NCBI GenBank assembly: GCA_031376505.1
Contig: JANMDX010000018.1
Coordinates: 24,214-88,213 of the forward strand
Length of the DNA: 64,000 bases
Direction: 5' to 3'
Source of the DNA: Acidobacteriota bacterium
GTDB lineage: Bacteria > Acidobacteriota > Vicinamibacteria > Vicinamibacterales > UBA2999
In this document: piece by piece, positions 10,308-19,481 of the stretch
Numbering within the stretch: the first letter of the stretch is position 1
Layout: each line of letters starts with the position of its first letter
Notes under the pieces: generated by a model
The model's database searches: none
What the model was told of the DNA's origin: nothing
The model's input: the letters and a program-made list of their open reading frames with translations, nothing else
Program-made: the position numbers and the translations under genes

Positions 10308-11402
10308 TTACGGAACGGTGACGGTGACCGACTTCGTCACGACCGCCGTGCCGCTCGGCGAGAACGTGTCGTCGGTCACGGTCAGCGTCACGCTGTAGGT
10401 GGCCGGGGTGTCATAGCGCTTCGCGACCGTCATGCCCGTGCCGGTGCGGCCACTGCCGAAATCCCAGTCGTAGGCGACGATTTTGCGGCCAGCGGCAGCG
10501 GTGGAGGCAGCCGCATTGAAGAAGATGTCCTGCCCGGCCTTGGGTGCGGTGGGCGAAAACACGAAGTCGGGCTTGGGCTTGTCTGAGAGCACCACAGTGA
10601 TGGCTTGCGAGATCGTGGTCGACCGACCGCGCACGTCAGTGACGGTGAGGCGGACGGTGAAGGTGTTGGCGGTTTTGAACTCGTGCGACACGACGATTCC
10701 GGTCGCCGACGACCCGTCCCCGAAATCCCACGCGTATCGGCACGCGGAGCCGCAGGGTGCGCCTTCATCCGCAGTGCTCGACGCATCGAAGGTGACTGGC
10801 GTGAACGCGGTGACCGGAGTTGGGGTGATGATGAACACAGGGATAGGCGCGCCATTGGGCGGAATGATGACGCCGCGTGGCACCAGACGAATCTCGACCG
10901 ATCGGGAGTCCGAACCGTTGAAGTCGCTGCCGATAGGCGTGAGCACCAGGGTCACGACCGTAAAGCTATCAACCGGTTCGGCTGGGGCTGGCGGCGCGGT
11001 ATACGTCAGGCGCGCAGTGCCGTCGTCACCGGTCACCACGTTGCGGGCCGACAGTCGCCCGAAATCGACGATCTGTCCGCCGAGCCGGATCTCGGCCCGT
11101 ACGGGCACGGCCCGCATGGGCCGGCCATCTGGGCCGCGGGCCAGGATCTCGACGGTCGACTGTGAGAAGCCGTCGTAGTCAAGGATGTCTGGCACGACGG
11201 ACGTGCGCAGGGACAGGCCCAGTTCGGAGGGGCCTGCCAATGGCGGCGCCTCGGTCTTCTTCACCGTGCAGGCACTGAGGCCGATGGAGGCTGCCACCAG
11301 CACGGTCAACGCCGACGCGCGAGAGCATGAAAACGTCACGGCTCGTATCCTTTCAAAGTCTCGAGAAAGCGCGCTATTTCGGGTCACGCTATTTCGGGTC
11401 AC
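10308..11402 (-). CDS. PKD-domain lipoprotein
   Basis: Lipobox IGLSAC follows a hydrophobic stretch. There are two PKD-type repeats with WDFGDG / WDFGSG motifs. The start is uncertain (GTG at 11402 or 11387). Confidence 0.75.
   Translation of the reverse strand: MTRNSVTRNSALSRDFERIRAVTFSCSRASALTVLVAASIGLSACTVKKTEAPPLAGPSELGLSLRTSVVPDILDYDGFSQSTVEILARGPDGRPMRAVPVRAEIRLGGQIVDFGRLSARNVVTGDDGTARLTYTAPPAPAEPVDSFTVVTLVLTPIGSDFNGSDSRSVEIRLVPRGVIIPPNGAPIPVFIITPTPVTAFTPVTFDASSTADEGAPCGSACRYAWDFGDGSSATGIVVSHEFKTANTFTVRLTVTDVRGRSTTISQAITVVLSDKPKPDFVFSPTAPKAGQDIFFNAAASTAAAGRKIVAYDWDFGSGRTGTGMTVAKRYDTPATYSVTLTVTDDTFSPSGTAVVTKSVTVTVP
11373..11402. repeat. Perfect 15-bp tandem duplication (gctatttcgggtcac x2)
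   Basis: Read directly: 11373-11387 is identical to 11388-11402. It spans the stop of the upstream lipoprotein gene and the first 10 codons (VTRNS VTRNS) of the PKD lipoprotein ORF. Confidence 0.85.
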
Positions 11403-12057
11403 CGAAATCCGCGAAGCTCACGGAGATACTGCCCGACACCTCGACATCGTTGCCGGCCTGATCGCGACCGTAGAACGTGATGTCGGCGATGGTGCCGATG
11501 AACTGCGCGCCGCCCGCACTCGCGGCCGTATCACGCAGGTTCGAGAGCGGGGGCTCGCGCTTGGCCGCCACGCGCACGAGATCAAAGCCGGCCCCGGCGC
11601 TGCCGGCGGCCGGCACCGTCACGGTGAAGGCACCGTCGAAGGCATACGGCACGTCGACGCCTTGCGTATTGCGGCCATCGGCGCGCTTGTAGACGACCCG
11701 GTAGCGGTTCACGGTGACCGCATTCAGCGGACTGGCCGTCGTGGGCGTCGCGGCCGTACCGGGATTCTTCAGGCCCAGCCTAAACGTCACTCGTCCGATG
11801 TCGCCGAAAATCGTCGGAACTTTCACCTTCGATCCGTTGACATCCACCTCGACGAGAGTCAGGACGTCGGACGAGACAGTCGAACCAAACTCGCCAGGAG
11901 CGGCGCCGCTGGCGCCTTCGAGGGTTTCAATAATCAGGAAGCCGGGCGAACGACCTGTCCGCGCCACTTCGCCGCACGCGCTGGTCACAAGGGCCGAGGC
12001 CGCCAGCAGCAGCGCGGCCATCCGATGGTGTGGAATCGAAAATCGCATAATGTCCAT
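11389..12057 (-). CDS. Hypothetical lipoprotein (beta-rich), downstream of pilQ
   Basis: Signal peptide with lipobox LVTSAC. I recognise no family. It starts 22 nt after the pilQ stop on the same strand. Confidence 0.6.
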   Translation of the reverse strand: MDIMRFSIPHHRMAALLLAASALVTSACGEVARTGRSPGFLIIETLEGASGAAPGEFGSTVSSDVLTLVEVDVNGSKVKVPTIFGDIGRVTFRLGLKNPGTAATPTTASPLNAVTVNRYRVVYKRADGRNTQGVDVPYAFDGAFTVTVPAAGSAGAGFDLVRVAAKREPPLSNLRDTAASAGGAQFIGTIADITFYGRDQAGNDVEVSGSISVSFADFGDPK

Positions 12058-12079
12058 GTCCTCGTAATTGCTCGACCGA

Positions 12080-14386
12080 TCAGCCCTTGGTAATGCGAGG
12101 CGTGAGGAAAATCAGCAACTCGCGGCTCTCATCGCTCGACTCGTCACGCTTGAAGAGCCAGCCGAGCAGCGGCACGCGCGACAGGAGCGGTGTGCGTCCC
12201 TGCACGGACTGTTCGCGGCTCAGGTAGATGCCGCCGATGACCGTCGTCTCGCCGTCAGCCACGAGCACCGTGGTCACGGCCCGCTGCGTGTCGATGGGCG
12301 GGATGTCGTTGATGGCGCGGCTGTAGTCGGGTGCCGCGTTCTCGAGATTGACACGCATGATCACCGTGTTCGACGCGGTAATCTGCGGCGTGACCTTGAG
12401 CGTGAGAGCCGCGTCCTTGAACGTGACGGTCACGGTGTTGTTGGCGATCGTCTGGATGGGAATCTGCACGCCTTGCGTGATCTCGGCTTCCACGTTGTTC
12501 TGCGTCGAGACCCGGGGCGTCGAGAGTAGACGCCCCTGGCCGGAACGTTCCAAGGCGCTCAACGCCAAGTCCAGATTCAGTGCGCCGTTGATCGAACCGA
12601 GCGCCAGGCCCAGTGCGCTCGACGCGTTGGCGACGCCCAGGTTGACCCCGTTCGGCACGCCGTCGGGACCCTGGGCGAGGCCGGTGCGGCCGGAGACGCT
12701 GCCGTTGTTCGGAAACGACAGGCCCGTGGTGTTGCCGAGCTCCGGTGACACGCGGCCGCTGACGCCCCACTGCACGCCGATGTTGCGCGCGAAGTCTCGC
12801 GTGGTCTGCACGATGCGGGCTTCAATTTCGACCTGCGGTTGCGGCAAGTCGAGCGCCGTCATCAAGGCGTCGGCCGCCGTGAGTCGGTCCGGCAGGTCAC
12901 GGATGATGACCGTGTTGGTGCGTGGGTCAACCTGCACCTCGCCGCGTGTCGACAAGGCGCTGCGCGTCAGGATCGACACCAGGTCTCCGCCCTTGGCGTA
13001 GCTGAGCGCCCGCGTCAGCACCCGCAGCTCGCCGGCGAGCGCTTGCTCGTCGGTCAACTTGCGACGCTGCGACTCTTCCTCTGCGAGCACGGTCAGAGGC
13101 GCGATGCGCACGATGGTGCCGTCCACGAAGTAGCCGAGCTTGTTGGCTTTGAGGATGATGTCGAGCGCCTGGTCCCAGGGCACATCGCGCAATGACACAT
13201 CGACGCTGCCGCTGATCGTCGGATCGATGACGACGTTCAAGCTGCTGATCTCAGAGAACGTCCGCAGCACGGCGCGCAGATCCGCACCCTGGAAATCGAG
13301 CGACACGGGATGGCCAGTGAACTTCGACTTGACGCCGTGCTCGCCGCCGGCGCCCTGGGCCATCGTGGATTGGGCCTGGCCGGTCATCGCCGCAGGGCCG
13401 GCGGCACGTACAGGCTCTGCCACAGGAGCCACAATCGCCGGTGAGGGTGGGGTCGCAGGCGTCGCCACAACGGGGGCCATCACAGGCGGGATCGGCGCCA
13501 GGGACATATCCGCGGCCACCGGGCGTGCCGGCGATGGCTCCAACATGGCCGGTGCCTCGGGCGCGGGCGCGGCCGCGACCGGCGAGCCGAAGATCACCCG
13601 CAGTTCGTCGCCGTCGGTCCCGGCTGGCTCGACGCGGTAGGGCATCTTCCGCTTGAGGTCCACGACGACGCGGGTGACGAGGGGCGCGAGGCTGTTGGTG
13701 GCGACCCGGACGCGCGTGACGTCCGCCTGATTGACGCCCAGGACGGCCGGCACCGCCCGACCGGAAGCGACGCCTTCGAAATCGAGCAGCACCCGCGGGG
13801 GCATGTCCTTGGCCTCTTCCACCGACGTGGCCTTGAGGACGCCGTTTCCGACGATGGCGACCGTGACTTCGTCACCCGATCGCGAGGCCCGCACGGCGCG
13901 CAGTTCGGTCGCGGCAGCGCGCACGGCGGTCGTGGCCGCCGAGGTTGCCGTCCTGGCCGGCGTCTCGCGGTCCACCTCGACGACGATGAGATTGCGCGTC
14001 GTCCGCACCCGGTGGGACGCGGCCCTGTCCAAATAGACCCGCACGCGTGCGAGCGGGGTGCCATCCGCCGCTCTGCTTTCTTCGACCCGCACGCCGCGAA
14101 GGGGCGCCAGACCGCGGCCCATGGTCCCGGCCTGGATGCCACCGGCCTGCACGTTGCGCAGGTCGACGAGCACGGTCAGGGGGTCGGGCTGCGATGTCAC
14201 ATAGGCTACCGGCTCGGTCGCCTCGATGACCACCGCGCTGATGCCGCCGTCGTCGCGGGCGGACACCGCACGCAGGTGCGGAATCTCCGCACCACTGGCC
14301 GTGGCGTCGACTGCGGCGACGTGTCCCGCAAGCGCGGCGACACACGCAGCAACCGTCACAAGTGGAGCGATTCGGCCGAGCATCAT
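12080..14386 (-). CDS. pilQ: Type IV pilus secretin PilQ
   Basis: Signal peptide, two AMIN-like N-terminal domains, an Ala/Pro linker, secretin N-domains (VSLDFQGADLRAVLRTF) and a C-terminal secretin domain (PLLGWLFK). Confidence 0.92.
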   Translation of the reverse strand: MMLGRIAPLVTVAACVAALAGHVAAVDATASGAEIPHLRAVSARDDGGISAVVIEATEPVAYVTSQPDPLTVLVDLRNVQAGGIQAGTMGRGLAPLRGVRVEESRAADGTPLARVRVYLDRAASHRVRTTRNLIVVEVDRETPARTATSAATTAVRAAATELRAVRASRSGDEVTVAIVGNGVLKATSVEEAKDMPPRVLLDFEGVASGRAVPAVLGVNQADVTRVRVATNSLAPLVTRVVVDLKRKMPYRVEPAGTDGDELRVIFGSPVAAAPAPEAPAMLEPSPARPVAADMSLAPIPPVMAPVVATPATPPSPAIVAPVAEPVRAAGPAAMTGQAQSTMAQGAGGEHGVKSKFTGHPVSLDFQGADLRAVLRTFSEISSLNVVIDPTISGSVDVSLRDVPWDQALDIILKANKLGYFVDGTIVRIAPLTVLAEEESQRRKLTDEQALAGELRVLTRALSYAKGGDLVSILTRSALSTRGEVQVDPRTNTVIIRDLPDRLTAADALMTALDLPQPQVEIEARIVQTTRDFARNIGVQWGVSGRVSPELGNTTGLSFPNNGSVSGRTGLAQGPDGVPNGVNLGVANASSALGLALGSINGALNLDLALSALERSGQGRLLSTPRVSTQNNVEAEITQGVQIPIQTIANNTVTVTFKDAALTLKVTPQITASNTVIMRVNLENAAPDYSRAINDIPPIDTQRAVTTVLVADGETTVIGGIYLSREQSVQGRTPLLSRVPLLGWLFKRDESSDESRELLIFLTPRITKG

Positions 14387-14880
14387 TTGCCCTCTTCCTG
14401 GGTGCGCAGGGGCTTGCGCACCCGGCGTTGCTTTTCGAGTGACAGCGGATCACTGACCTGCTGGAGAATCACGAGGGCATCGGCAGTGATCGACTGCACC
14501 GTGCCATCGAATAATCGACTACCGGCCTTGACGGTGTAGGTCTGTGTCTTGCCGCCGGGGCCCGCGACCATCGCGACATAGTTGCCGTTCGAGAGGACGA
14601 TGCCCTTGACGCTCAGCTCGTCAACGAGAATCCCGGCGGCGCCTTTCGGCATGCTGCCCGGTGTCGAGCTCGTAATGGGCCCGCGCCCTGGCGTCGCGAG
14701 GCTCATGAACGGATCACGACGACCGCTCGGGCTGTACGCATAGTCGCCCGGCGGCGACGGGAGATCGGCAGCCGGCGCGGCCTGAGCCGGTACCGTCGGA
14801 GCCACTGGTGCCGGCGTCTGAGCATCGAGCGCCGTGGCTGCGGCGATGGTCAGCGCGAGGACGAACGCAAGGGACTTCAT
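14383..14880 (-). CDS. pilP: Type IV pilus assembly lipoprotein-like PilP
   Basis: Signal peptide MKSLAFVLALTIAAATA, an RRDPF motif and a beta-rich C-terminus. It sits between pilO and pilQ, with ATGA/4-nt overlaps on both sides. The start is trimmed from the track ORF to ATG 14880. Confidence 0.75.
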   Translation of the reverse strand: MKSLAFVLALTIAAATALDAQTPAPVAPTVPAQAAPAADLPSPPGDYAYSPSGRRDPFMSLATPGRGPITSSTPGSMPKGAAGILVDELSVKGIVLSNGNYVAMVAGPGGKTQTYTVKAGSRLFDGTVQSITADALVILQQVSDPLSLEKQRRVRKPLRTQEEGK

Positions 14881-15473
14881 TCGGTCTTTTTCGCCGGCAC
14901 CGCGGGTGCAGGCGCTCCTGTGGGTTGGTCGTTGAGCACGAAGGTCATGGCCGTGCAAGTCACCTTCACGGTTGCCGCCGAACCCGGCCGGGGCGTTGCC
15001 GACGTCATCTCGATGGCACCGACGTTGATGATCCGCGGCAGCTTGGCCACGCGGTCGAGGAACAGCCCGACGTTGTGATACGCCCCTTCCACCTCGAGCT
15101 CGATGGGCCACTCGGCGTGCAGTTCCTTCTTCGTGATGGCGCGGGGCCTGAAATGCCGGATGGTCAGGTTCGACTGCGACGCCATCGTCTGGATGCGGCG
15201 CAGCAGATCGGCCACGTCCTTTTCTTCAGGCAGGATAGCTTTCAGCCCCTCGAGCTTCGATTCGAGGTCGCCCACCTGCGCGCGGAACTCGGGTAGCTTC
15301 CGAGCGGTCTCCATGCCCTTGTCGATGCGGCCTTGGATGGCGGCGAGCTCAGCGCGGCGGACGTCGAGCAGTGCCTGCTGCGGCCATTCCCACATGTAGA
15401 GGTAGCCGCCGACGATCAGCACGCCGACAAACACGAACACGAGCAACTGGCCCCACCAGGGCAGCTTGTTCAT
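14877..15473 (-). CDS. pilO: Type IV pilus assembly protein PilO
   Basis: A single N-terminal TM helix (LPWWGQLLVFVFVGVLIVGGY), then a coiled coil and a ferredoxin-like domain. Operon position supports the call. The start is trimmed to MNKLPWW. Confidence 0.8.
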   Translation of the reverse strand: MNKLPWWGQLLVFVFVGVLIVGGYLYMWEWPQQALLDVRRAELAAIQGRIDKGMETARKLPEFRAQVGDLESKLEGLKAILPEEKDVADLLRRIQTMASQSNLTIRHFRPRAITKKELHAEWPIELEVEGAYHNVGLFLDRVAKLPRIINVGAIEMTSATPRPGSAATVKVTCTAMTFVLNDQPTGAPAPAVPAKKTE

Positions 15474-15480
15474 CGAGAGA

Positions 15481-16113
15481 CTAGCCACGGGCGGCTCCCT
15501 TCGCCGGCGGGGCGCCCGCTGGAGCGGCCGGCGGCGCCGGCGCGTGCAGTCCCGACATCTGGAACCCACCCTTGATGACGAACTTGATGAGTTCGGGCGT
15601 CGTCGCCGTCGCGGCTACGACCTCGCTGTTGATGATCTCGACGGGGCGGTTGAAGTAGCGGGAGTGCTCGAGGGCGCCGACGAAATCCGACAGCGCCGTA
15701 AGCGTCAGACAATTGCCTTCAAGCGTGATGTCGTAGCCGGTCTGCGCCATCTTGGTCAGCCACACCATGTCGGGCAGGCTGCGACTCACCTGGTCGAGGA
15801 TGTGCACCGGCGCCGTCTGGCCGCGGCGGAGTTCCTCGATGAGCGTCACGCGCTGCTGCAGCCGTTCGCGACGCGCTTCGAACTCGCGTACTTCGGAGAT
15901 CACTTGCACAAGTCGCGCTTCTTCCCGCTGCCGCTCCTCGATGTCGCGTTCGATCTGGGCGCTCGTCTGGCCAAGCGACCAGTAGCTCCACCCCACAAAG
16001 GCGGCGGCCAGCAGCAGGATCAGGCTGCCGCCAAGCGCAATCTTCTGCGCCGCGTCGATCGGCTTCGGAGCGGCCTTTATCGTCTGGCCCGCGAGCAGGT
16101 TGATGCGAATCAC
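15481..16113 (-). CDS. pilN: Type IV pilus assembly protein PilN
   Basis: MIRINLL start, a single TM helix and a coiled coil. There is a 4-nt overlap with pilM. Confidence 0.8.
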   Translation of the reverse strand: MIRINLLAGQTIKAAPKPIDAAQKIALGGSLILLLAAAFVGWSYWSLGQTSAQIERDIEERQREEARLVQVISEVREFEARRERLQQRVTLIEELRRGQTAPVHILDQVSRSLPDMVWLTKMAQTGYDITLEGNCLTLTALSDFVGALEHSRYFNRPVEIINSEVVAATATTPELIKFVIKGGFQMSGLHAPAPPAAPAGAPPAKGAARG

Positions 16114-17168
16114 CGGTCACCGCCTTTGCGAAGGGCGAGGCCGAGCGCTACCGCGCAGGCCGGCGCGAAGTCCGCGGCTGTACCCCCTTGCAGGATCGCC
16201 GGGTCAACCGACACGGTCTTGAAGGGGTCGAACCGCTCCACTTCGACCCCGAGTCGGTCACGCAACGCCTGGTCGAAGAGATCGACGAGCGACCCACCGC
16301 CGCTCACGAGGACGCGGTCAATGCGGTCGTTCGCGGAGGTAGCCTTGAAGAAGTCGAACGTCTTCTCAATCTCCAGCAGCACGTTGTCCATGACCGCTGC
16401 CAGCACCGGGCGCAAGTCCTCGGCACGGACGCCGTCGACCGGCAGACCCTTCTTGGCGTCTTCCGCGCTTTCAAATGGCAAGCCCAGTTCTTTCTGGATG
16501 GCCTCGGTGAAGGCGTTGCCGCCAATGCCGACGTCGCGAGTAAACAGCGACGTGCCGTCACACACGAGATTGATGTTGGTGGCACTGGCGCCGGCGTTCA
16601 CGAGCGCGACCACCCTGCCCGGCTCGATGCCGTAGTTGGCCTCGAACGCGTTCTGCAGCGCGAAGGCGTCGACGTCGACCACAACCGCCGTGCGGCCCAC
16701 TGCGCTCACGACGCCCGTGTAGTCGGCGATCTTGTCCTTCTTGGCCGCCACGAGCAGCACTTCCATCGTGCCCTGGCGCTGCGCCACCGGCGTGAGAATC
16801 TGGTAGTCGAGGTTCACGTCCTGAATGTCGAACGGGATGTATTGCTCGGCTTCCCACTGGATCGACTGGCTCAGGTCTTCGTCACTCATGACGGGCAGAC
16901 TGATCTTCTTGACGATGACCGAGCTGCCTGAGAGCGACGCGACCACATCCTTGGCCTTGAACCGCGGCGACTCGAGTACGCGACGCACGGCATCCGTCAC
17001 CGCACCGGCGTCGATGATTGCGCCGTCAACGATGCTGTCAGGCGGCACCGGCTCGACACCGAGCGCGACGACCTTGAAGCCGCGCCCCGACGCTTTGAGC
17101 TCGATGGCCTTGACGGAACTGGACCCGATGTCCAGGCCGACGACCGGCTTTCGTCTATTGAAGAGCAC
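16110..17168 (-). CDS. pilM: Type IV pilus assembly ATPase-like protein PilM
   Basis: Actin/FtsA-like fold sequence (VGLDIGSSSVKAIEL, GGGSLV). Confidence 0.92.
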   Translation of the reverse strand: MLFNRRKPVVGLDIGSSSVKAIELKASGRGFKVVALGVEPVPPDSIVDGAIIDAGAVTDAVRRVLESPRFKAKDVVASLSGSSVIVKKISLPVMSDEDLSQSIQWEAEQYIPFDIQDVNLDYQILTPVAQRQGTMEVLLVAAKKDKIADYTGVVSAVGRTAVVVDVDAFALQNAFEANYGIEPGRVVALVNAGASATNINLVCDGTSLFTRDVGIGGNAFTEAIQKELGLPFESAEDAKKGLPVDGVRAEDLRPVLAAVMDNVLLEIEKTFDFFKATSANDRIDRVLVSGGGSLVDLFDQALRDRLGVEVERFDPFKTVSVDPAILQGGTAADFAPACAVALGLALRKGGDR

Positions 17169-17613
17169 TACGCCGCCTTCCCTTCCTGATCGCCGGAACG
17201 CTCGTTCCCGCGGCCTTCGAACCCGCTATCGCAAACCCGGTACCAACCGCGGGGAGTTCTAGCTGCGGCTGGAAATCGCCCAAAACTGTGGCAGCTGTCG
17301 GCGCACCGTGCCGAAGATGTCGGTTTCCGCACATACAGATCCGAGTGCCAATGACAGAATTAGCCGTGTCGCTTGGTTTGGCACGCCTGTATGACTCCAC
17401 CGGGTTCTATCGGCAGGACCGCCACCCTACACAAGCGCAACTCGTTTGCATCGTTAGGCTTGGAGCGAGCACTGCTGTGCAGCTCCGAGCATGAATGCGG
17501 CTCAGTTCACTTGCAAATCCGTGCATGAGCATGCACATGGTAGCAGAGGCTGGCGACCAGGACGTCTGCAACGCGCACAATTCCGTGATCGGACTCTGCC
17601 GGGAGATTGGCGC

Positions 17614-17643
17614 TTGACCAGTTTCAGGAAACGGGCTTATTAT
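17614..17643 (+). promoter_or_regulatory. Candidate sigma-70 promoter for rplM-rpsI
   Basis: TTGACC (17614-17619), an 18-nt spacer, then TATTAT (17638-17643), about 45 nt upstream of the rplM ATG. Confidence 0.45.
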
Positions 17644-17688
17644 TTGGGTTTGCCGTAACCTGGCATGAACGAGAAGGGTACTGAAACG

Positions 17689-18120
17689 ATGCGAACGTAT
17701 GTGGCGACACCCGCAACGGTGGCGCGTCGCTGGCACGTGATCGACGCCGAGGGCAAGGTTCTCGGACGGATTGCCACGGCCGCGGCCAAGATGCTCCAGG
17801 GTAAGCACAAGGCGACCTATACGCCGTTCCTCGATACCGGCGATCACGTGGTGATCGTGAACGCTGCGAAGGTCAAGCTGACGGGCCGTAAGGAAGATCA
17901 GAAAATCTATCGTCACCACTCCGGCTACGAGGGCGGCCTACGCGAAGAGCGCGCCAAGATCGTGCGCCAGCGTCAGCCAGCGCGCCTCGTCGAAGAAGCC
18001 GTGCGCGGCATGCTGCCGAAATCGATTCTCGGCGATGCGATGTACGGAAAACTCAAAGTGTACGCCGGCGCCACGCATCCACATGCGGCGCAGCAGCCGG
18101 TTTCGTTCGAGGTGTCATAA
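17689..18120 (+). CDS. rplM: 50S ribosomal protein L13
   Basis: [27 protein letters not shown] is typical of L13. ATG 17689 is preferred over 17665. Confidence 0.95.
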   Translation: MRTYVATPATVARRWHVIDAEGKVLGRIATAAAKMLQGKHKATYTPFLDTGDHVVIVNAAKVKLTGRKEDQKIYRHHSGYEGGLREERAKIVRQRQPARLVEEAVRGMLPKSILGDAMYGKLKVYAGATHPHAAQQPVSFEVS

Positions 18121-18121
18121 G

Positions 18122-18514
18122 TTGGCTGCACTCCAGTATTACGCCACCGGGCGGCGCAAGACCTCCACGGCCCGCGTGTTCCTGCGTCCCGGTTCAGGCA
18201 CCATCACCGTGAACCGTCGCGAGTTTGCCGAGTTCTTCCCCACCGAGTCCTTGCGCATCGCCGTCAAGACGCCGCTGAACCTTACCGAAACCGGTGAGAA
18301 GTTCGACGTGCTGTGCACGGTCGCAGGCGGCGGCGTGGCCGGACAGGCCGGCGCGATTCGCCTCGGGATTGCGCGCGCCTTGTGCGCGTTCGACCTCGAA
18401 CTGCGCGGCAAGTTGAAGAAGGACGGGCTCCTCACGCGCGATTCGCGCGCCAAGGAACGCAAGAAGTACGGTCTGGCCGGAGCGCGCAAGCGATTCCAGT
18501 TCAGCAAGCGGTAA
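18122..18514 (+). CDS. rpsI: 30S ribosomal protein S9
   Basis: [14 protein letters not shown] at the start and a C-terminal [10 protein letters not shown]. The start is TTG, 1 nt after the rplM stop, giving a 130-aa product. Confidence 0.93.
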   Translation: MAALQYYATGRRKTSTARVFLRPGSGTITVNRREFAEFFPTESLRIAVKTPLNLTETGEKFDVLCTVAGGGVAGQAGAIRLGIARALCAFDLELRGKLKKDGLLTRDSRAKERKKYGLAGARKRFQFSKR

Positions 18515-18521
18515 ACGACCG

Positions 18522-19355
18522 ATGGATGGAGGACGCTTGACCCCACTCGCGATGAAGGACCTGCTCGAGGCAGGTGTACATTTTGGTCACCAGACCAAGC
18601 GCTGGAATCCGAAGATGAAGCCTTACATCTTCGGCGAACGCAGCGGCATCTATATTCTGGACCTCGGCAAGACCGTGAAGCTGTTCAACGAGGCGGAAGC
18701 GTACGTGCGTCGTCTGGTGGCAGAAGACAAGACGATTCTGTTTGTCGGCACCAAGCGGCAAGCGCAGGACGTCGTGGCCATCGAAGCCGCGCGCTGTGGG
18801 ATGTACTACATCAACGAGCGTTGGCTCGGCGGCCTCCTCACGAACTTCACCACCATTCAGCGCAGCATCGCGCGCCTGCGCGATCTCGAAGCGATGTCAA
18901 CCGACGGCCGTTACGAGGTCATGCCGAAGAAGGAAATCGCGAAGGCCGAGAAGGAGAAGCGCAAGCTTCAGAAGAATCTCGACGGCATTCGTCATATGTC
19001 GCGGCTGCCAGACGCGCTCTTCGTCGTCGACACCCGCAAAGAGAAGATCGCCGTCGACGAGGCGCGCAAGTTGAAGATTCCGGTCATCGGCATCGTCGAC
19101 ACCAACTGCGATCCCGACGAAGTCGACTTCGTGATTCCCGGGAACGACGACGCCCTGCGCTCGATCAAGCTGTTTGCCGCACGCGTCGCCGACGTGGTGC
19201 TCGACGGCCAGGCTGAACGCGAGTCGCGCCGCGCCGACGCCGCGGCGGCGCAGGCCGAGCAGGTTGCCGCCGACGAAGCCGCGCGCGTCGTGCGTCCGGC
19301 GGCCATACGCCGGCCGCAACGCGCTGAAACGCCGACCCCCGCACCGACGGCCTGA
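18522..19355 (+). CDS. rpsB: 30S ribosomal protein S2
   Basis: [22 protein letters not shown]. The start is ambiguous: ATG 18522, TTG 18537 (after GGAGGA) or ATG 18552. Confidence 0.95.
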   Translation: MDGGRLTPLAMKDLLEAGVHFGHQTKRWNPKMKPYIFGERSGIYILDLGKTVKLFNEAEAYVRRLVAEDKTILFVGTKRQAQDVVAIEAARCGMYYINERWLGGLLTNFTTIQRSIARLRDLEAMSTDGRYEVMPKKEIAKAEKEKRKLQKNLDGIRHMSRLPDALFVVDTRKEKIAVDEARKLKIPVIGIVDTNCDPDEVDFVIPGNDDALRSIKLFAARVADVVLDGQAERESRRADAAAAQAEQVAADEAARVVRPAAIRRPQRAETPTPAPTA

Positions 19356-19378
19356 CGGCGTCGCGTTCATTGCTAGAC

Positions 19379-19414
19379 GCCGGCCGCGAGCGGAACTCCG
19401 GCCGGCCTTTTCTT
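19379..19414 (+). terminator. Intrinsic terminator/attenuator-like hairpin between rpsB and tsf
   Basis: GCCGGCCG (19379-86) pairs with CGGCCGGC (19399-406) across a 12-nt loop, followed by CTTTTCTTG. An upstream alternative hairpin (19356-19382) shares 4 nt with it. Confidence 0.5.
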
Positions 19415-19481
19415 GTACCGCGTCGCCCGGCCCCGACGCGACGGCAACACGGCGCCCCGAAGGCGTCCCGATGGAGACGAC

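Noticed and set aside
17460-17476. A sigma-54-like GG-N10-GC motif (TGGAGCgagcaCTGCT) in the pilM/rplM spacer, plus TGGCAC at 17379.
   Set aside because: Only the minimal GG/GC dinucleotides match. It points toward rplM, which already has a good sigma-70-type promoter. The 17379 TGGCAC has no GC at -12.
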